32,000 bases of DNA from Breznakia sp. PF5-3 (lineage in GTDB: Bacteria > Bacillota_I > Bacilli_A > Erysipelotrichales > Erysipelotrichaceae): contig NZ_JAQFIQ010000006.1 in the NCBI RefSeq assembly GCF_029504745.1, positions 36,511 to 68,510 of the forward strand. The letters are read 5' to 3'. Every line of letters begins with the position of its first letter. The first letter of the stretch is position 1. Shown here one piece after another: positions 1-9,352 of this stretch. Both the position numbers and the translations under genes were made by a program. The notes under the pieces are model-generated. The model was not told where the DNA came from and searched no databases. It worked only from the letters and a program-made list of their open reading frames with translations.

Positions 1-750
1 CATAATTCCCTTTTGATGCAAGAGTTTAGTATCTATTAAATATAAAGGTATCCAGTTTACTATCATATAGACAATAAACAATATGATTCCTGACAGACTT
101 GAATGTAATACAACATCTAAATGTATAGAACTTCCCAAACAGGCGCCTAAAAAAGGAAGTAAAACTTTATTCATACTTTTGGTAGCTACCCTAGATTGAG
201 GAAATAGCTTTCCTATTACTAATCCAACAATCAAAGGTATAATGGTTGCTAGTATCATCTGATAATCAAACGATGCAGAACTATCCAAACCCATAATCAT
301 TAATGGAAAAACAGGCAATACCATGACACTTAATAAAGCGAAATTTGCTTTATCTACATCATCACCATACTCTTCTGCAATTGCCATATAAACTCCAGGA
401 TTATAACTAGTAATAGCTACAACAAACGCTAATACAGAAATACCTAAGATACTATCTTTTACTAAAAAAATTACAATTGTAGATAGAATAACATTTATCA
501 AAAATCGCACAACAACTAAGATACCTCCACGTTTCATAGCCTTTATAAAAAGGGGAAGCTTCATCTGAATTCCTGTAACGACTAACATAATACCAATAAT
601 TGTCATTGTCCCTGTACTTGAAAACACTGCAGTTGTTGGATTACCAATATCTAAAATATCTGTATAACTATTTAAAACTGCTGTTATCAGCATTGGAATC
701 AATAATATCGCCCCAGGCATTTTCATTATTTTTTCTATTATTTTTCGCAT
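1..750 (-). CDS. 2-keto-3-deoxygluconate permease-like transporter (KdgT family), 3' end cut by the window edge
   Basis: I translated the minus strand from the ATG at 748-750 (250 codons open to position 1; not in the ORF track). N-terminus MRKIIEKIMKMPGAILLIPML and later blocks (SYNPGVYMAIAEEYGDD, LLPFLGACLGSSIHLD) parallel E. coli KdgT blocks (IEKIPGGMMLVPL, MTNGGLYASIMQQYG, LIPFFAFALGNTIDL). Polytopic hydrophobic protein. Confidence 0.7.
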   Translation of the reverse strand, partial: MRKIIEKIMKMPGAILLIPMLITAVLNSYTDILDIGNPTTAVFSSTGTMTIIGIMLVVTGIQMKLPLFIKAMKRGGILVVVRFLINVILSTIVIFLVKDSILGISVLAFVVAITSYNPGVYMAIAEEYGDDVDKANFALLSVMVLPVFPLMIMGLDSSASFDYQMILATIIPLIVGLVIGKLFPQSRVATKSMNKVLLPFLGACLGSSIHLDVVLHSSLSGIILFIVYMIVNWIPLYLIDTKLLHQKGIM

Positions 751-847
751 ATCATCCTCACCATATCAACTATAACAATGATATAAGTAGAGGTATACTA
801 CCTTGCTCTTGCCATCACCAAAAATCGGCATTGTCGAAAAAAGGATA

Positions 848-2095
848 TTATAATACCCTTTTATACTGTTTATATTTTTGAAAAATAGACATTGGTGCGA
901 AAAGCTTCAATGCAATCCCAGATCCATGATACTCCATATCTACTACTTTATACTGTTCATTCAAATAAGAAACTACATCTCCCATTGCATATGGAAACAA
1001 AAACTCTCCTATTTGATAATCAGCGAACAACGCTTCACGAAGAGCCTTTCTAAGTAGCTCAAGCCCTCTTTCTTGAAGTGAAGACACATATACCTTATGA
1101 TCTCCTGCACTTGCTTCTACTCCTTGTAAATCAATCTTATTATACACTTCAATTATTGGAATATCTTCAATTCCAATTTCTTTCAATGTTCTTATAGCAA
1201 TATTCTTTTGTTCTTGGTAATAAGGATTGTTTAAATCAATAACATGCAACAAAACATCTGCTTCCTTTACTTCTTCTAAGGTAGAGCGAAATGCTTGTAT
1301 AAGATAATGTGGAAGTTTATCAACAAACCCAACTGTATCTGTAAGTAAACATTCTTCTTGATCTGATAGTTTCACTTTTCTAACTCGTGTTTCTAATGTC
1401 GCAAAAAGGATATCTTCAGCAAAAACCATTTTCTCATCATCTGCCACAAGCGCATTCATTAACGTTGACTTCCCTGCATTGGTATACCCAACCAATGCTA
1501 CCGTTTTTATCCCTGTTTGTTTACGTTTTTCCCGTTGTGTCTTTCGCTCTTGAACCATCTTTTTTAGTTCTTGTCTCTTCTTATGAATTTTCGCTTCCAA
1601 CTGTCGTCGATCCAATTCCAGCTTCGTTTCTCCGCCTCCACGATTATAAAACCCAGCACTTCCCCCTTGCCTATTTAAATTCTCATAAGTCCCTACTAAC
1701 CTTGGCAATTGATACTGAAGCATACTGATTTCTACTTGTAACTTCGCTTCTTTTGTTTGGGCACGACGAGCAAAAATATCTAAGATTAACATCGTACGAT
1801 CCATAACCACACAAGGAATTATCTCATCTATGTTACGTAGCTGTGATGGCGATAATTCATCATTAAAAATAACAACATCGATATCCTCTGCCGCTTCTGC
1901 AATTTCTTCTAATTTTCCTTTTCCTACATAATAATGCTTTTGCATGCTTTCTAGTTTTTGAACAATTTGTTTGATTGGTTCAAACCCACATGCATAAGCA
2001 AGATTTTCTAACTCTTCCATACTATATTCAAATGCTTTATCTTGAGGTGTTTCTACACCTACAAGGAGCACTTTTTCATTTTCAACTTCACTCAT
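848..2095 (-). CDS. hflX: GTPase HflX
   Basis: 415 aa ORF. It has an HflX-type N-terminal domain, a G domain with P-loop GYTNAGKST, DTVGF and NKID motifs, and the basic coiled linker typical of HflX. Confidence 0.9.
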   Translation of the reverse strand: MSEVENEKVLLVGVETPQDKAFEYSMEELENLAYACGFEPIKQIVQKLESMQKHYYVGKGKLEEIAEAAEDIDVVIFNDELSPSQLRNIDEIIPCVVMDRTMLILDIFARRAQTKEAKLQVEISMLQYQLPRLVGTYENLNRQGGSAGFYNRGGGETKLELDRRQLEAKIHKKRQELKKMVQERKTQREKRKQTGIKTVALVGYTNAGKSTLMNALVADDEKMVFAEDILFATLETRVRKVKLSDQEECLLTDTVGFVDKLPHYLIQAFRSTLEEVKEADVLLHVIDLNNPYYQEQKNIAIRTLKEIGIEDIPIIEVYNKIDLQGVEASAGDHKVYVSSLQERGLELLRKALREALFADYQIGEFLFPYAMGDVVSYLNEQYKVVDMEYHGSGIALKLFAPMSIFQKYKQYKRVL

Positions 2096-2322
2096 AAATA
2101 CCTCCTATTTTCACGTCAAAAGTATAGGTACATATTACCTAAACAAATAAAAATAGTGAGACACCTTCAATTTTAAAATACAAAAAAAGAATCTATCCTA
2201 TTTATTTAATATATAAATGTACCTCATTATAATTTTCTATTTCTGATTCTTATATAATAGCGCATTTTAAAACCCCCAATCGCATTCACCTTACCATATG
2301 TCCATATAAAATACAACTATCA

Positions 2323-3144
2323 CTATTCTTTAATCTTTATTGATATCTTTAAAATATATTCCTCTGGTATTCGCGTTGAAATCTCATTTAATAAATAATC
2401 CTCATATGCTTCTTTTTCTAATGTGTAGTTATGTTCTTTCGCATATTGAAACATTTTATTATAAAATTCTTGTCTAATCATATAATCACCATATAAGTAA
2501 CCTACAAGATACTTTCCTTTAGGTTTATATGTATTTGATTTTGGGATTCGATAATATAGTTGCATAGTTTCCTCTGTCCCATATGCTTTATATCTCTCAT
2601 AATTCACTACAATTCCCCAAGGAAATGCACATTCAAACCCTTCATCACTTGCATATTGATAAAAGCGTGAAACCATTTTAGACAAAGAAATTTTCACACC
2701 ATCCTCCAATCGCAAATCCGGACTCAAAAAAATAGGTTCCTTTTCATGATATTCAACTTGTATTGTTCCTACTTTTACCTTCTCTGCTTCCTTGGCCATC
2801 TCCATTTGCATATCCATCATATCTTTAATTTGCGTTAACTTGTCTATTTCTTCTTCAATTGTTTTTTTCTGTTTTGTAAATAAAGCAATCATTTTTTCTG
2901 GCGTTCTACTATCCGTGAATTTTTTTATCTCTTTTAATGGCATTCCAATTTCTTTTAATGTCCATATCATATTCATTGTATATAACTGGCGATAGTAATA
3001 ATAACGATAACCATTATCTAATACAATTTCAGGAGAAAAAACACCAATTGAATCATAATAGATTAAATTTTTCCTACTGATTCCTGATGCTCTAGCAAAT
3101 TGTCCAATTGATAAATACACTTCTTTGTCTAATTTTCTTTCCAT
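2323..3144 (-). CDS. MerR family transcriptional regulator with a C-terminal effector-binding (GyrI/BmrR-like) domain
   Basis: MerR HTH signature LSIGQFARASGISRKNLIYYDSIGVFSP...GYRYY. I prefer the start at Met16 of the track ORF (ATG 3142-3144), which follows AAGAGG. The longer ORF to 3189 would run into the promoter. Confidence 0.85.
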   Translation of the reverse strand: MERKLDKEVYLSIGQFARASGISRKNLIYYDSIGVFSPEIVLDNGYRYYYYRQLYTMNMIWTLKEIGMPLKEIKKFTDSRTPEKMIALFTKQKKTIEEEIDKLTQIKDMMDMQMEMAKEAEKVKVGTIQVEYHEKEPIFLSPDLRLEDGVKISLSKMVSRFYQYASDEGFECAFPWGIVVNYERYKAYGTEETMQLYYRIPKSNTYKPKGKYLVGYLYGDYMIRQEFYNKMFQYAKEHNYTLEKEAYEDYLLNEISTRIPEEYILKISIKIKE

Positions 3145-3178
3145 ATAATACCTCTTTTTCATTTTATTAAGATTAGGA

Positions 3179-3209
3179 TTGACTGTCAAGTCGCTATACA
3201 GTTTAGAAT
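3179..3209 (+). promoter_or_regulatory. MerR-type promoter with a 19 bp spacer (TTGACT-N19-TAGAAT), back to back with a divergent TTGACA-N17-TAAAAT promoter for the MerR gene
   Basis: TTGACT at 3179-3184, a 19 nt spacer containing the partial dyad ACTGT-N11-ACAGT, and TAGAAT at 3204-3209. On the minus strand, TTGACA (complement of 3184-3189) lies 17 nt from TAAAAT (complement of 3161-3166). Confidence 0.55.
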
Positions 3210-3260
3210 AATAGTATAAAGAATTAACATATTTCTATAGTTTTGAAAGGAGGCCTTCTT

Positions 3261-3968
3261 ATGAAAGCAAAAACTATATCAACAAACGCATTTAACAAAC
3301 CATTATTTGAGAAAGACCTTGATTATGCATATCATACAAAAAAATACGTATATGATATAAAACAGCATTTCGGTAAAAATTTAAATAATGCAATTTATGT
3401 TACTTTATATCGATATCTATTGGATCTCTCACTGCATTCAAAAAAATCCCATGAAAATAGACGTTCTACTTTATGGTTAGTATCTACCTATTTTAACGAA
3501 GAATTTTTAGTTGCTCAAACTATCATTCATGATTTAAACAAACACGTACACTGCTTAAATACATACCATAGTAGTGAAATTGCTTTATTGATTATAGCTT
3601 CAAAATTTCATCTTTCGCCATCACAAATCTATATCATGATCGATATCATTTCAGAAATCACCAAAATAGTTAAATACTATTTTATGTATCCTATGGATAT
3701 TCACTCACCTACTACCCATAGCTTTTTAGAACACATCAAATTACTGTCTTATCGTATCGTAATAAACAAATACGATAATAGCAATATTGTCGACATGTTA
3801 GATGTCTTCAAAGCAAAGTATATCCTTGCTTTTCAAGGTAGTGAAAAAGTAGCATCTTTTATCCAAAAAAAATATCGATTCACACTAACAAAAACAGAAA
3901 AGACTTTCTTAGCAATACACATTCAAACAATGATTTATAAATCTGAACACCAAAAAACCGACTTTTAG
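3261..3968 (+). CDS. Hypothetical protein, possibly a PRD-like regulatory domain protein without an RNA-binding domain
   Basis: ATG at 3261 follows AAGGAGG (the track ORF begins at an upstream TTG). Two helical repeats carry histidine-centred motifs reminiscent of PRD domains (LEHIKLLSYRIV, FLAIHIQTMI). The assignment is weak. Confidence 0.35.
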   Translation: MKAKTISTNAFNKPLFEKDLDYAYHTKKYVYDIKQHFGKNLNNAIYVTLYRYLLDLSLHSKKSHENRRSTLWLVSTYFNEEFLVAQTIIHDLNKHVHCLNTYHSSEIALLIIASKFHLSPSQIYIMIDIISEITKIVKYYFMYPMDIHSPTTHSFLEHIKLLSYRIVINKYDNSNIVDMLDVFKAKYILAFQGSEKVASFIQKKYRFTLTKTEKTFLAIHIQTMIYKSEHQKTDF

Positions 3969-3993
3969 CTTTAAGTCGGTTTCACTTTGTCTT

Positions 3994-4854
3994 TTATAAA
4001 ACTTCAATACTATATGATGTAGTAAAGGTTTCACCAGCAGTTAAATTCATCATTCCTTCACGTTTAGCAAATGGAAGATCTACCTTTTCAAAATCACCAT
4101 GTGAATACCAAGGTTCAATACAAACAAAAGGCGCTCCTTGCGTTGGACTCCATAAAGCTAGTAGTGGAAACTTATCCATGGTTACTTTCACTTCATGCTT
4201 TGGCCCTTTCAAAGTCACATATGAACTTTTCATACCTTTATAAATAAGAGTTAAATATTTTTCAAACATTGCATAGTCCATAGGTATAGATTTCAAACTT
4301 ACTTCCGTATACGTATGAGGAACCTTTTTATTTGGGTCAAATATCAATTGTTGAAGTTTTTCCTCTTTTTCAAATACAATTTGATAATCTTCAAATTTTT
4401 CATCTTTTTCTAATGGACAGCGAAATCCTGGATGTAATCCAAAGGTAAAGGGCATCGTTACTTGATCATTATTCGTAATTGCATAATAAATCTCAATTTT
4501 ATTATCTACTAATTTATATGTAATCTTATATGTGAAATCAAATGGATATACTTTTTTTGTTTCTTGATTTGCATATAAGGCAAAAGAAATCATCGTATCA
4601 CTTTGCTCAACACATTGTAAATCTGCATAACGAATCAATCCATGATTTTTAAAGGTGTATGTTTTACCATCAACCTCATAAGTTCCATTATATGTATTTC
4701 CGACAATTGGAAACAACGTTGGATTCTTACCAGACCAATATTTTTCATCTCCCTGCCACAGATATTCAATACCTGTTTCTTTATCCTTAAACGATGTCAT
4801 TTCACCACCTAAAGTGGTAAATTCAACTTCAAAACGATTATTAAATATTTTCAT
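3994..4854 (-). CDS. Aldose 1-epimerase family protein (galactose mutarotase-like)
   Basis: 286 aa. Motifs FGLHPGF, YPFDF, PFVCIEPW and an all-beta sequence character typical of the aldose epimerase superfamily. Confidence 0.8.
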   Translation of the reverse strand: MKIFNNRFEVEFTTLGGEMTSFKDKETGIEYLWQGDEKYWSGKNPTLFPIVGNTYNGTYEVDGKTYTFKNHGLIRYADLQCVEQSDTMISFALYANQETKKVYPFDFTYKITYKLVDNKIEIYYAITNNDQVTMPFTFGLHPGFRCPLEKDEKFEDYQIVFEKEEKLQQLIFDPNKKVPHTYTEVSLKSIPMDYAMFEKYLTLIYKGMKSSYVTLKGPKHEVKVTMDKFPLLALWSPTQGAPFVCIEPWYSHGDFEKVDLPFAKREGMMNLTAGETFTTSYSIEVL

Positions 4855-4954
4855 ATTACTCCCTCTTTCTTCCTTTATTTTATCATAAAATAACCATTTG
4901 TATCAGCAAAGTCATTCGCTTGACACATTACTTAAAAGAATATATCATATAAGT

Positions 4955-5034
4955 GTAAAGTGAAGTGTAAATATCCCTTTCCTATCTTCCTACTTCACTT
5001 TACACCCTAAAAAAAGGACGTAAGTCCTTTTTTT
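4955..5034 (+). ncRNA. Candidate small RNA: a long hairpin with a C/U-rich loop, followed by an intrinsic terminator
   Basis: TTGACA at 4920-4925, a 17 nt spacer, TATCAT at 4943-4948. A 14 bp perfect stem (4953-4966 pairs with 4992-5005) encloses the loop UAAAUAUCCCUUUCCUAUCUUCCU. The terminator AAAAAGGAC-GUAA-GUCCUUUUUUU lies at 5009-5034. There is no ORF. Confidence 0.3.
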
Positions 5035-5159
5035 AGTTTCAACTACTATTCAAATGGTGTTCACAAAACCAACACACAAGCAAACTATACTATAAGCAGT
5101 TAGATAAGTTTCTTTCTCTCTCCCTAAAATAATCTTTTCTTCTTATCTAACTTTTCCCT

Positions 5160-5187
5160 CAAAAAAAAGATTCAATTGAATCTTTTT
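5160..5187 (-). terminator. Rho-independent terminator after the nuclease gene
   Basis: Hairpin AGATTC-AATT-GAATCT (5168-5183) flanked by an A-run on the plus strand, which is a T-run on the minus strand, immediately after the stop at 5188-5190. Confidence 0.6.
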
Positions 5188-5775
5188 TTATATTCTTTTC
5201 TTCAATTCCTTAGAAAGCCTATTTAGGCTTCTTTTTTTGCCTTTTTGCTTAAATAAAACAACAAGAATCATTAACACAATTATTCCTGCAATAGTAATAT
5301 AATACCATGGATCATCTTCTTCATCACTCCACATATTTAGTTTTTGCTTTTTCGCAACCGCTTCTTTTTCATAAAGCATATCTGTATAAGCATAATCACC
5401 ATAAATGTATTTGACTTCTGCCAACCCTTCTTCTACCAATTCTTCCTGTAATAATTCCCCATCTACAAACACCCAAGCGAGAAGACGATCATATTTATCT
5501 CGTTTATTACTTGGTTCATACTCCAAACTAATTGCTTCTGCTGCTTCTAATTTATCGCAAACATAAGCACTGGATTCTTTACCATAACGCTCCTTTTTTT
5601 TCGTATATTCAGGTGCATTAATCGCTAGAAAACGTACTTTTTCTTCTTTTCCATTCACAAGAAAAGCAGCTGTATCGCCATCAATACACCTACTTAATGA
5701 AACAGTTTCTTGATCATTTGCTTGAATATTGGTTGTCATCATCAACAAACAACAAATACATATTAATTTTCTCAT
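5188..5775 (-). CDS. Thermonuclease (staphylococcal nuclease-like) family protein with a signal peptide and a C-terminal membrane anchor
   Basis: SNase motifs RCIDGDTAAF, VRFLAINAPE, DKYDRLLAWVF. N-terminal signal MRKLICICCLLMMTTNIQA. C-terminal TM segment YYITIAGIIVLMILVVLF followed by a basic tail. Confidence 0.85.
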   Translation of the reverse strand: MRKLICICCLLMMTTNIQANDQETVSLSRCIDGDTAAFLVNGKEEKVRFLAINAPEYTKKKERYGKESSAYVCDKLEAAEAISLEYEPSNKRDKYDRLLAWVFVDGELLQEELVEEGLAEVKYIYGDYAYTDMLYEKEAVAKKQKLNMWSDEEDDPWYYITIAGIIVLMILVVLFKQKGKKRSLNRLSKELKKRI

Positions 5776-6347
5776 TTTAACTTCTCAAACAGCTCCTCAT
5801 AAATCTTTTGTAGTTCTTCTTGTTCTTTATCCGTCATTTTTCTTTCAGTAGCATCATGATCATCCAATGTCCCCATATGGTGTGCAACAATTTTACCTTC
5901 TTTGATTATAATAACCTCCGGCACATATAAATATGTTTCACCATCATTTTCATCTAATCCATATGCTTTATCCAACAATTTAGTTGTCTCTTTTAGCCAC
6001 TCAGGATGTGCTTCATTTGCTTCACTTTTTTTATTTACATAATAGATATTAGTTTCTTGTGCTTTGGCTACCTCATTCATGATTGGAACTGCTTCAATAC
6101 ACCAAGGGCATGTTGCATATCCAAAATAAATAATTCCTGAAAACTCTTTATCTTTTATAAACGTGTTTGCTTCATCAAACGTAACCTCTAAAAAGACATG
6201 ATCACCATCCATGAAATTATCATATCCTTCCATATCTGCTTTCTCACAATCTACTCCACAAACATTCGTATTTTCTTTTTCTTTATTGTCATTACACCCT
6301 GCTAGCAATAAACAAATGCCAAACAATACAATTCCTATTTTTTTCAT
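5772..6347 (-). CDS. Thioredoxin-fold lipoprotein (CPWC motif)
   Basis: Lipobox LLLAGC at the N-terminus. Thioredoxin-like YFGYATCPWCIEAVP active-site motif. Its start overlaps the upstream stop by 4 nt, and its stop overlaps the nuclease start by 4 nt. Confidence 0.7.
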   Translation of the reverse strand: MKKIGIVLFGICLLLAGCNDNKEKENTNVCGVDCEKADMEGYDNFMDGDHVFLEVTFDEANTFIKDKEFSGIIYFGYATCPWCIEAVPIMNEVAKAQETNIYYVNKKSEANEAHPEWLKETTKLLDKAYGLDENDGETYLYVPEVIIIKEGKIVAHHMGTLDDHDATERKMTDKEQEELQKIYEELFEKLK

Positions 6348-7519
6348 TTTAAATCTCCTGAATCATTTACAATTACTTTAATATCTTTTTTCTTTAATCG
6401 ATTATCAATATACTCGCCAAATAATTCATATGCCAAGGCAGTACATGGTACAGCTAATAACATACCAGCTACACCAAATAAATCACCTAAAACGAAGATT
6501 GATAAAAGAACCCAAATTCCTGGCAAGCCAATACTTTTCCCAACAATCTTTGGATATATGATTTGACTTTCTAAATTCGACAGAATTTGGAAAATCACAA
6601 TAAACCATATCCCTTGCAATGGATCAAAAGCAAAAATCAAAACAAAATCTATCAACATTGCAAATATTGGACCAAAAACAGGAACGATACTACATACCGT
6701 AATCGTCGTTGCCAATAATTCTGGGAGTGGGAAGTCAAGAATGATAAATACAATATAGAACATAATTCCCTTGATTGCACAATCAACCAATTGACCACCA
6801 ACAAATTTTGTAAACATGTAATTCGCTTTTTCACCAATTCGGAAAATCTTATGACTATGTTTTAAATTAAAGCAAGCCAAAATCACCTTACGAATTTGAT
6901 AAATAAATTTTTCTTTTCCTGCCAATAAATAAATGCTCAAACAAAAAGCTAAGAACCATTGGAAGAAAGCATTCGTAAACTCCATCGCATTCCTTATCAC
7001 ACCAGCTGTAATATCCCCAAAGAATGTAATACCTTTTTCAAATATTTGCTGCCATGACATATCTTGTAATTCCTTTATATATGCAATATCTTGCAAACGG
7101 AAATTAATATTAAAATCATCAAATATTTTATTCACAGAACGAATCCACGAATTTACAAGTTGTGGGAATCCTTTGAATACTTCAACCATACTTTCTGAAA
7201 CCTTTGGAATAATAATCATCACCAATAAATATAAAAGAATTGTCGCAAAAATTAAGGTCAACAAAATAGAAATTGTTCGAATGAACCGTAAGAGAAATTT
7301 ATTATTTCGCAATATTTTATTTAACCCCTGTTCAATTCTTCGCATTGGGATATTCAATACAAATGCAATTGCGATTGCATAAAAAAGTGGTTTTAAAAGC
7401 CCTAAGATAAGCATTGTATAATCAATGATTACTTTATAATTCAACATTACGGCTAATAAAACAATAACATATGTACAAACAAAAATTATATTTTTATTTT
7501 CACTTAAAAATTTTTTCAT
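6344..7519 (-). CDS. AI-2E family transporter (PerM/UPF0118)
   Basis: 391 aa polytopic membrane protein. C-terminal blocks (ESQIIYPKIVGKSIGLPGIWVLLSI, AGMLLAVP) are characteristic of the AI-2E/UPF0118 family. Confidence 0.85.
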   Translation of the reverse strand: MKKFLSENKNIIFVCTYVIVLLAVMLNYKVIIDYTMLILGLLKPLFYAIAIAFVLNIPMRRIEQGLNKILRNNKFLLRFIRTISILLTLIFATILLYLLVMIIIPKVSESMVEVFKGFPQLVNSWIRSVNKIFDDFNINFRLQDIAYIKELQDMSWQQIFEKGITFFGDITAGVIRNAMEFTNAFFQWFLAFCLSIYLLAGKEKFIYQIRKVILACFNLKHSHKIFRIGEKANYMFTKFVGGQLVDCAIKGIMFYIVFIILDFPLPELLATTITVCSIVPVFGPIFAMLIDFVLIFAFDPLQGIWFIVIFQILSNLESQIIYPKIVGKSIGLPGIWVLLSIFVLGDLFGVAGMLLAVPCTALAYELFGEYIDNRLKKKDIKVIVNDSGDLK

Positions 7520-7570
7520 TCCATACCTCTTTATATATTTATTATATATGTTTTTCTTCTATTATGAAAC

Positions 7571-8692
7571 CTATTTCATCATTCGATTATTAATCACTGC
7601 AATTGGTTTTCCGTTTTCTTTAATTACTTTCGTAATTCGATCATTCAATAAACATAGCACTTCATAAGAAAGCATATCTAATTCTTTCGCTACCTTTACT
7701 AAAGGTATATGTTCCCCAATGATTTCCACCTTTTCACCAATAGGATACATCTGATCAACCATAATCATCATCTGATCCATGCAAATTCGACCAACGATTT
7801 CATATGGATGTGTATCTATACATACAAAACGTCCTTGATTTTTCCTAATAAATCCATCCCCATAACCAATTGGTAATGTAGCGATAATACAATCTTTATA
7901 ACATTCATAGGTAGCTCCATAACTAATGGTTTCACCTTTCTTTACTTCTTTAATATGCGTAATTGTTGAGTAGAGAGATAATACTGGCTTTAACAATTCC
8001 TTACTATCTACACTCTTGATTCCATATAAGGCTAATCCTACTCTTACTGCATTGCTACGCTTATCTACAACCGATAAACTAGCATCGCTATTCGCCGTAT
8101 GAATCCATAAGAAATCATGCGCTAAACAATCAACAATATTATAAAACCAATTCATTTGAATTTCACAAGCAGTTTTATCTTTATTATCAGCACTATGAAA
8201 ATGTGTATAAATCCCTTCTACTTGAATTTTTAATACCAAGAGCTTTGCTAAAGCTGCTTGTACTTCATCTACTTTTTTAAAACCTATTCGATTCATACCT
8301 GTATCCACTTTTATATGTACACGTAATTTCTCAAAATCTAGTTTTAACGTCTCTAGCTTTTCAATCCACGATAAAGAAAACACGCTGATTGTTAGATCTT
8401 GTTCAATCACTTGCGCAACACAATCATGATCAATATATCCAAGAATTAAAATATCACTATGAAATCCCTGGTGACGTAAAGAAAGTGCTTCATCAAAAGA
8501 AGAAACACATACATATGGGCAACCATTTTCTACAGCCGTCTTGGCAATATAATAATCACCATGTGAATATGCATTTGCTTTACATACACAAAAAACTTTC
8601 TTCCGTGTATGCTTTTGCATTGTCTCAATATTATCTTTAAAGTTATCTAAATCGATTTCACTATATGTTCCACGATATATCATAGATAACAC
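7571..8692 (-). CDS. alr: Alanine racemase
   Basis: 373 aa. PLP-lysine motif VCKANAYSHG, an N-terminal YRGTYSEIDL block, and a C-terminal PIGYGDGF block with the conserved Tyr. Confidence 0.9.
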   Translation of the reverse strand: MLSMIYRGTYSEIDLDNFKDNIETMQKHTRKKVFCVCKANAYSHGDYYIAKTAVENGCPYVCVSSFDEALSLRHQGFHSDILILGYIDHDCVAQVIEQDLTISVFSLSWIEKLETLKLDFEKLRVHIKVDTGMNRIGFKKVDEVQAALAKLLVLKIQVEGIYTHFHSADNKDKTACEIQMNWFYNIVDCLAHDFLWIHTANSDASLSVVDKRSNAVRVGLALYGIKSVDSKELLKPVLSLYSTITHIKEVKKGETISYGATYECYKDCIIATLPIGYGDGFIRKNQGRFVCIDTHPYEIVGRICMDQMMIMVDQMYPIGEKVEIIGEHIPLVKVAKELDMLSYEVLCLLNDRITKVIKENGKPIAVINNRMMK

Positions 8693-9118
8693 CTATACAA
8701 TTTTAGCCATATAATATGAAATATACCCTGCATAAACAATCATTATCAAATGAATCATTCCCATCACATCCAATTGAAATAAACTACGGAATGTACTTTC
8801 TATACTATATGGTAAATAGTTAAGTGAAAAAACTGATAGCTGGTGTGTAAATGCAACAAAATCTCCTAAGAACACACATAAAATAAAACAAGCTACACTT
8901 AAAATTGAAAACTTTTTATCAACACCACGTCCAAAGTATTTAATTGCATAACCAATTGCATATCCTGCAGCAATATAAAGCAAAGAATAGTACCATCCTG
9001 TCCCAGAAGTGATAAGCCCTATCACAATTGCACATAAAATCGCTGTGATAACGCCTGCTGCTACTGCAACTGGGAAACGTTGCTTATTTCTTAAATTATT
9101 AGGATTAAAAATATTCAT
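8693..9118 (-). CDS. Hypothetical small integral membrane protein
   Basis: 141 aa with about four hydrophobic segments. The stop abuts the alr start, suggesting co-transcription. I recognise no family. Confidence 0.5.
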   Translation of the reverse strand: MNIFNPNNLRNKQRFPVAVAAGVITAILCAIVIGLITSGTGWYYSLLYIAAGYAIGYAIKYFGRGVDKKFSILSVACFILCVFLGDFVAFTHQLSVFSLNYLPYSIESTFRSLFQLDVMGMIHLIMIVYAGYISYYMAKIV

Positions 9119-9283
9119 AATCTACCTCCACTAATAAGTAGTATAGCATAAAAGAAAAACAATTGAAAAATTTCCAAAGCAAAATTCATTACAAAAATAT
9201 TCAACAGTTTTCCTTATTAATAATACACAAAAAATGATGTTTAAATTTTTCTGAATAATTTCCAAGAAATATTCAAAAAATGG

Positions 9284-9312
9284 TTGACATCATTTTCTAC
9301 AAATGATAGTAT
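9284..9312 (+). promoter_or_regulatory. Sigma-A type promoter of the tRNA operon
   Basis: TTGACA at 9284-9289, a 17 nt spacer, TAGTAT at 9307-9312, about 40 nt upstream of the first tRNA. Confidence 0.6.
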
Positions 9313-9352
9313 ATAAAGGCGCTGGATAATATATCCACCAAGAAAATAACAC

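Noticed and set aside
600-881. 93 aa plus-strand ORF from the track
   Set aside because: It lies antisense to the KdgT-like gene and spans the KdgT/hflX junction. The composition is low-complexity Leu/Tyr/Phe, typical of AT-rich antisense frames, and there is no RBS.
1387-1728. 113 aa plus-strand ORF inside hflX
   Set aside because: It is entirely antisense to a well-supported conserved gene, with no RBS and no recognisable motifs.
6933-7382. 149 aa plus-strand ORF (and the 61 aa minus ORF 6652..6837) inside the AI-2E transporter gene
   Set aside because: These are antisense or alternative-frame shadows of a confidently called membrane protein gene.
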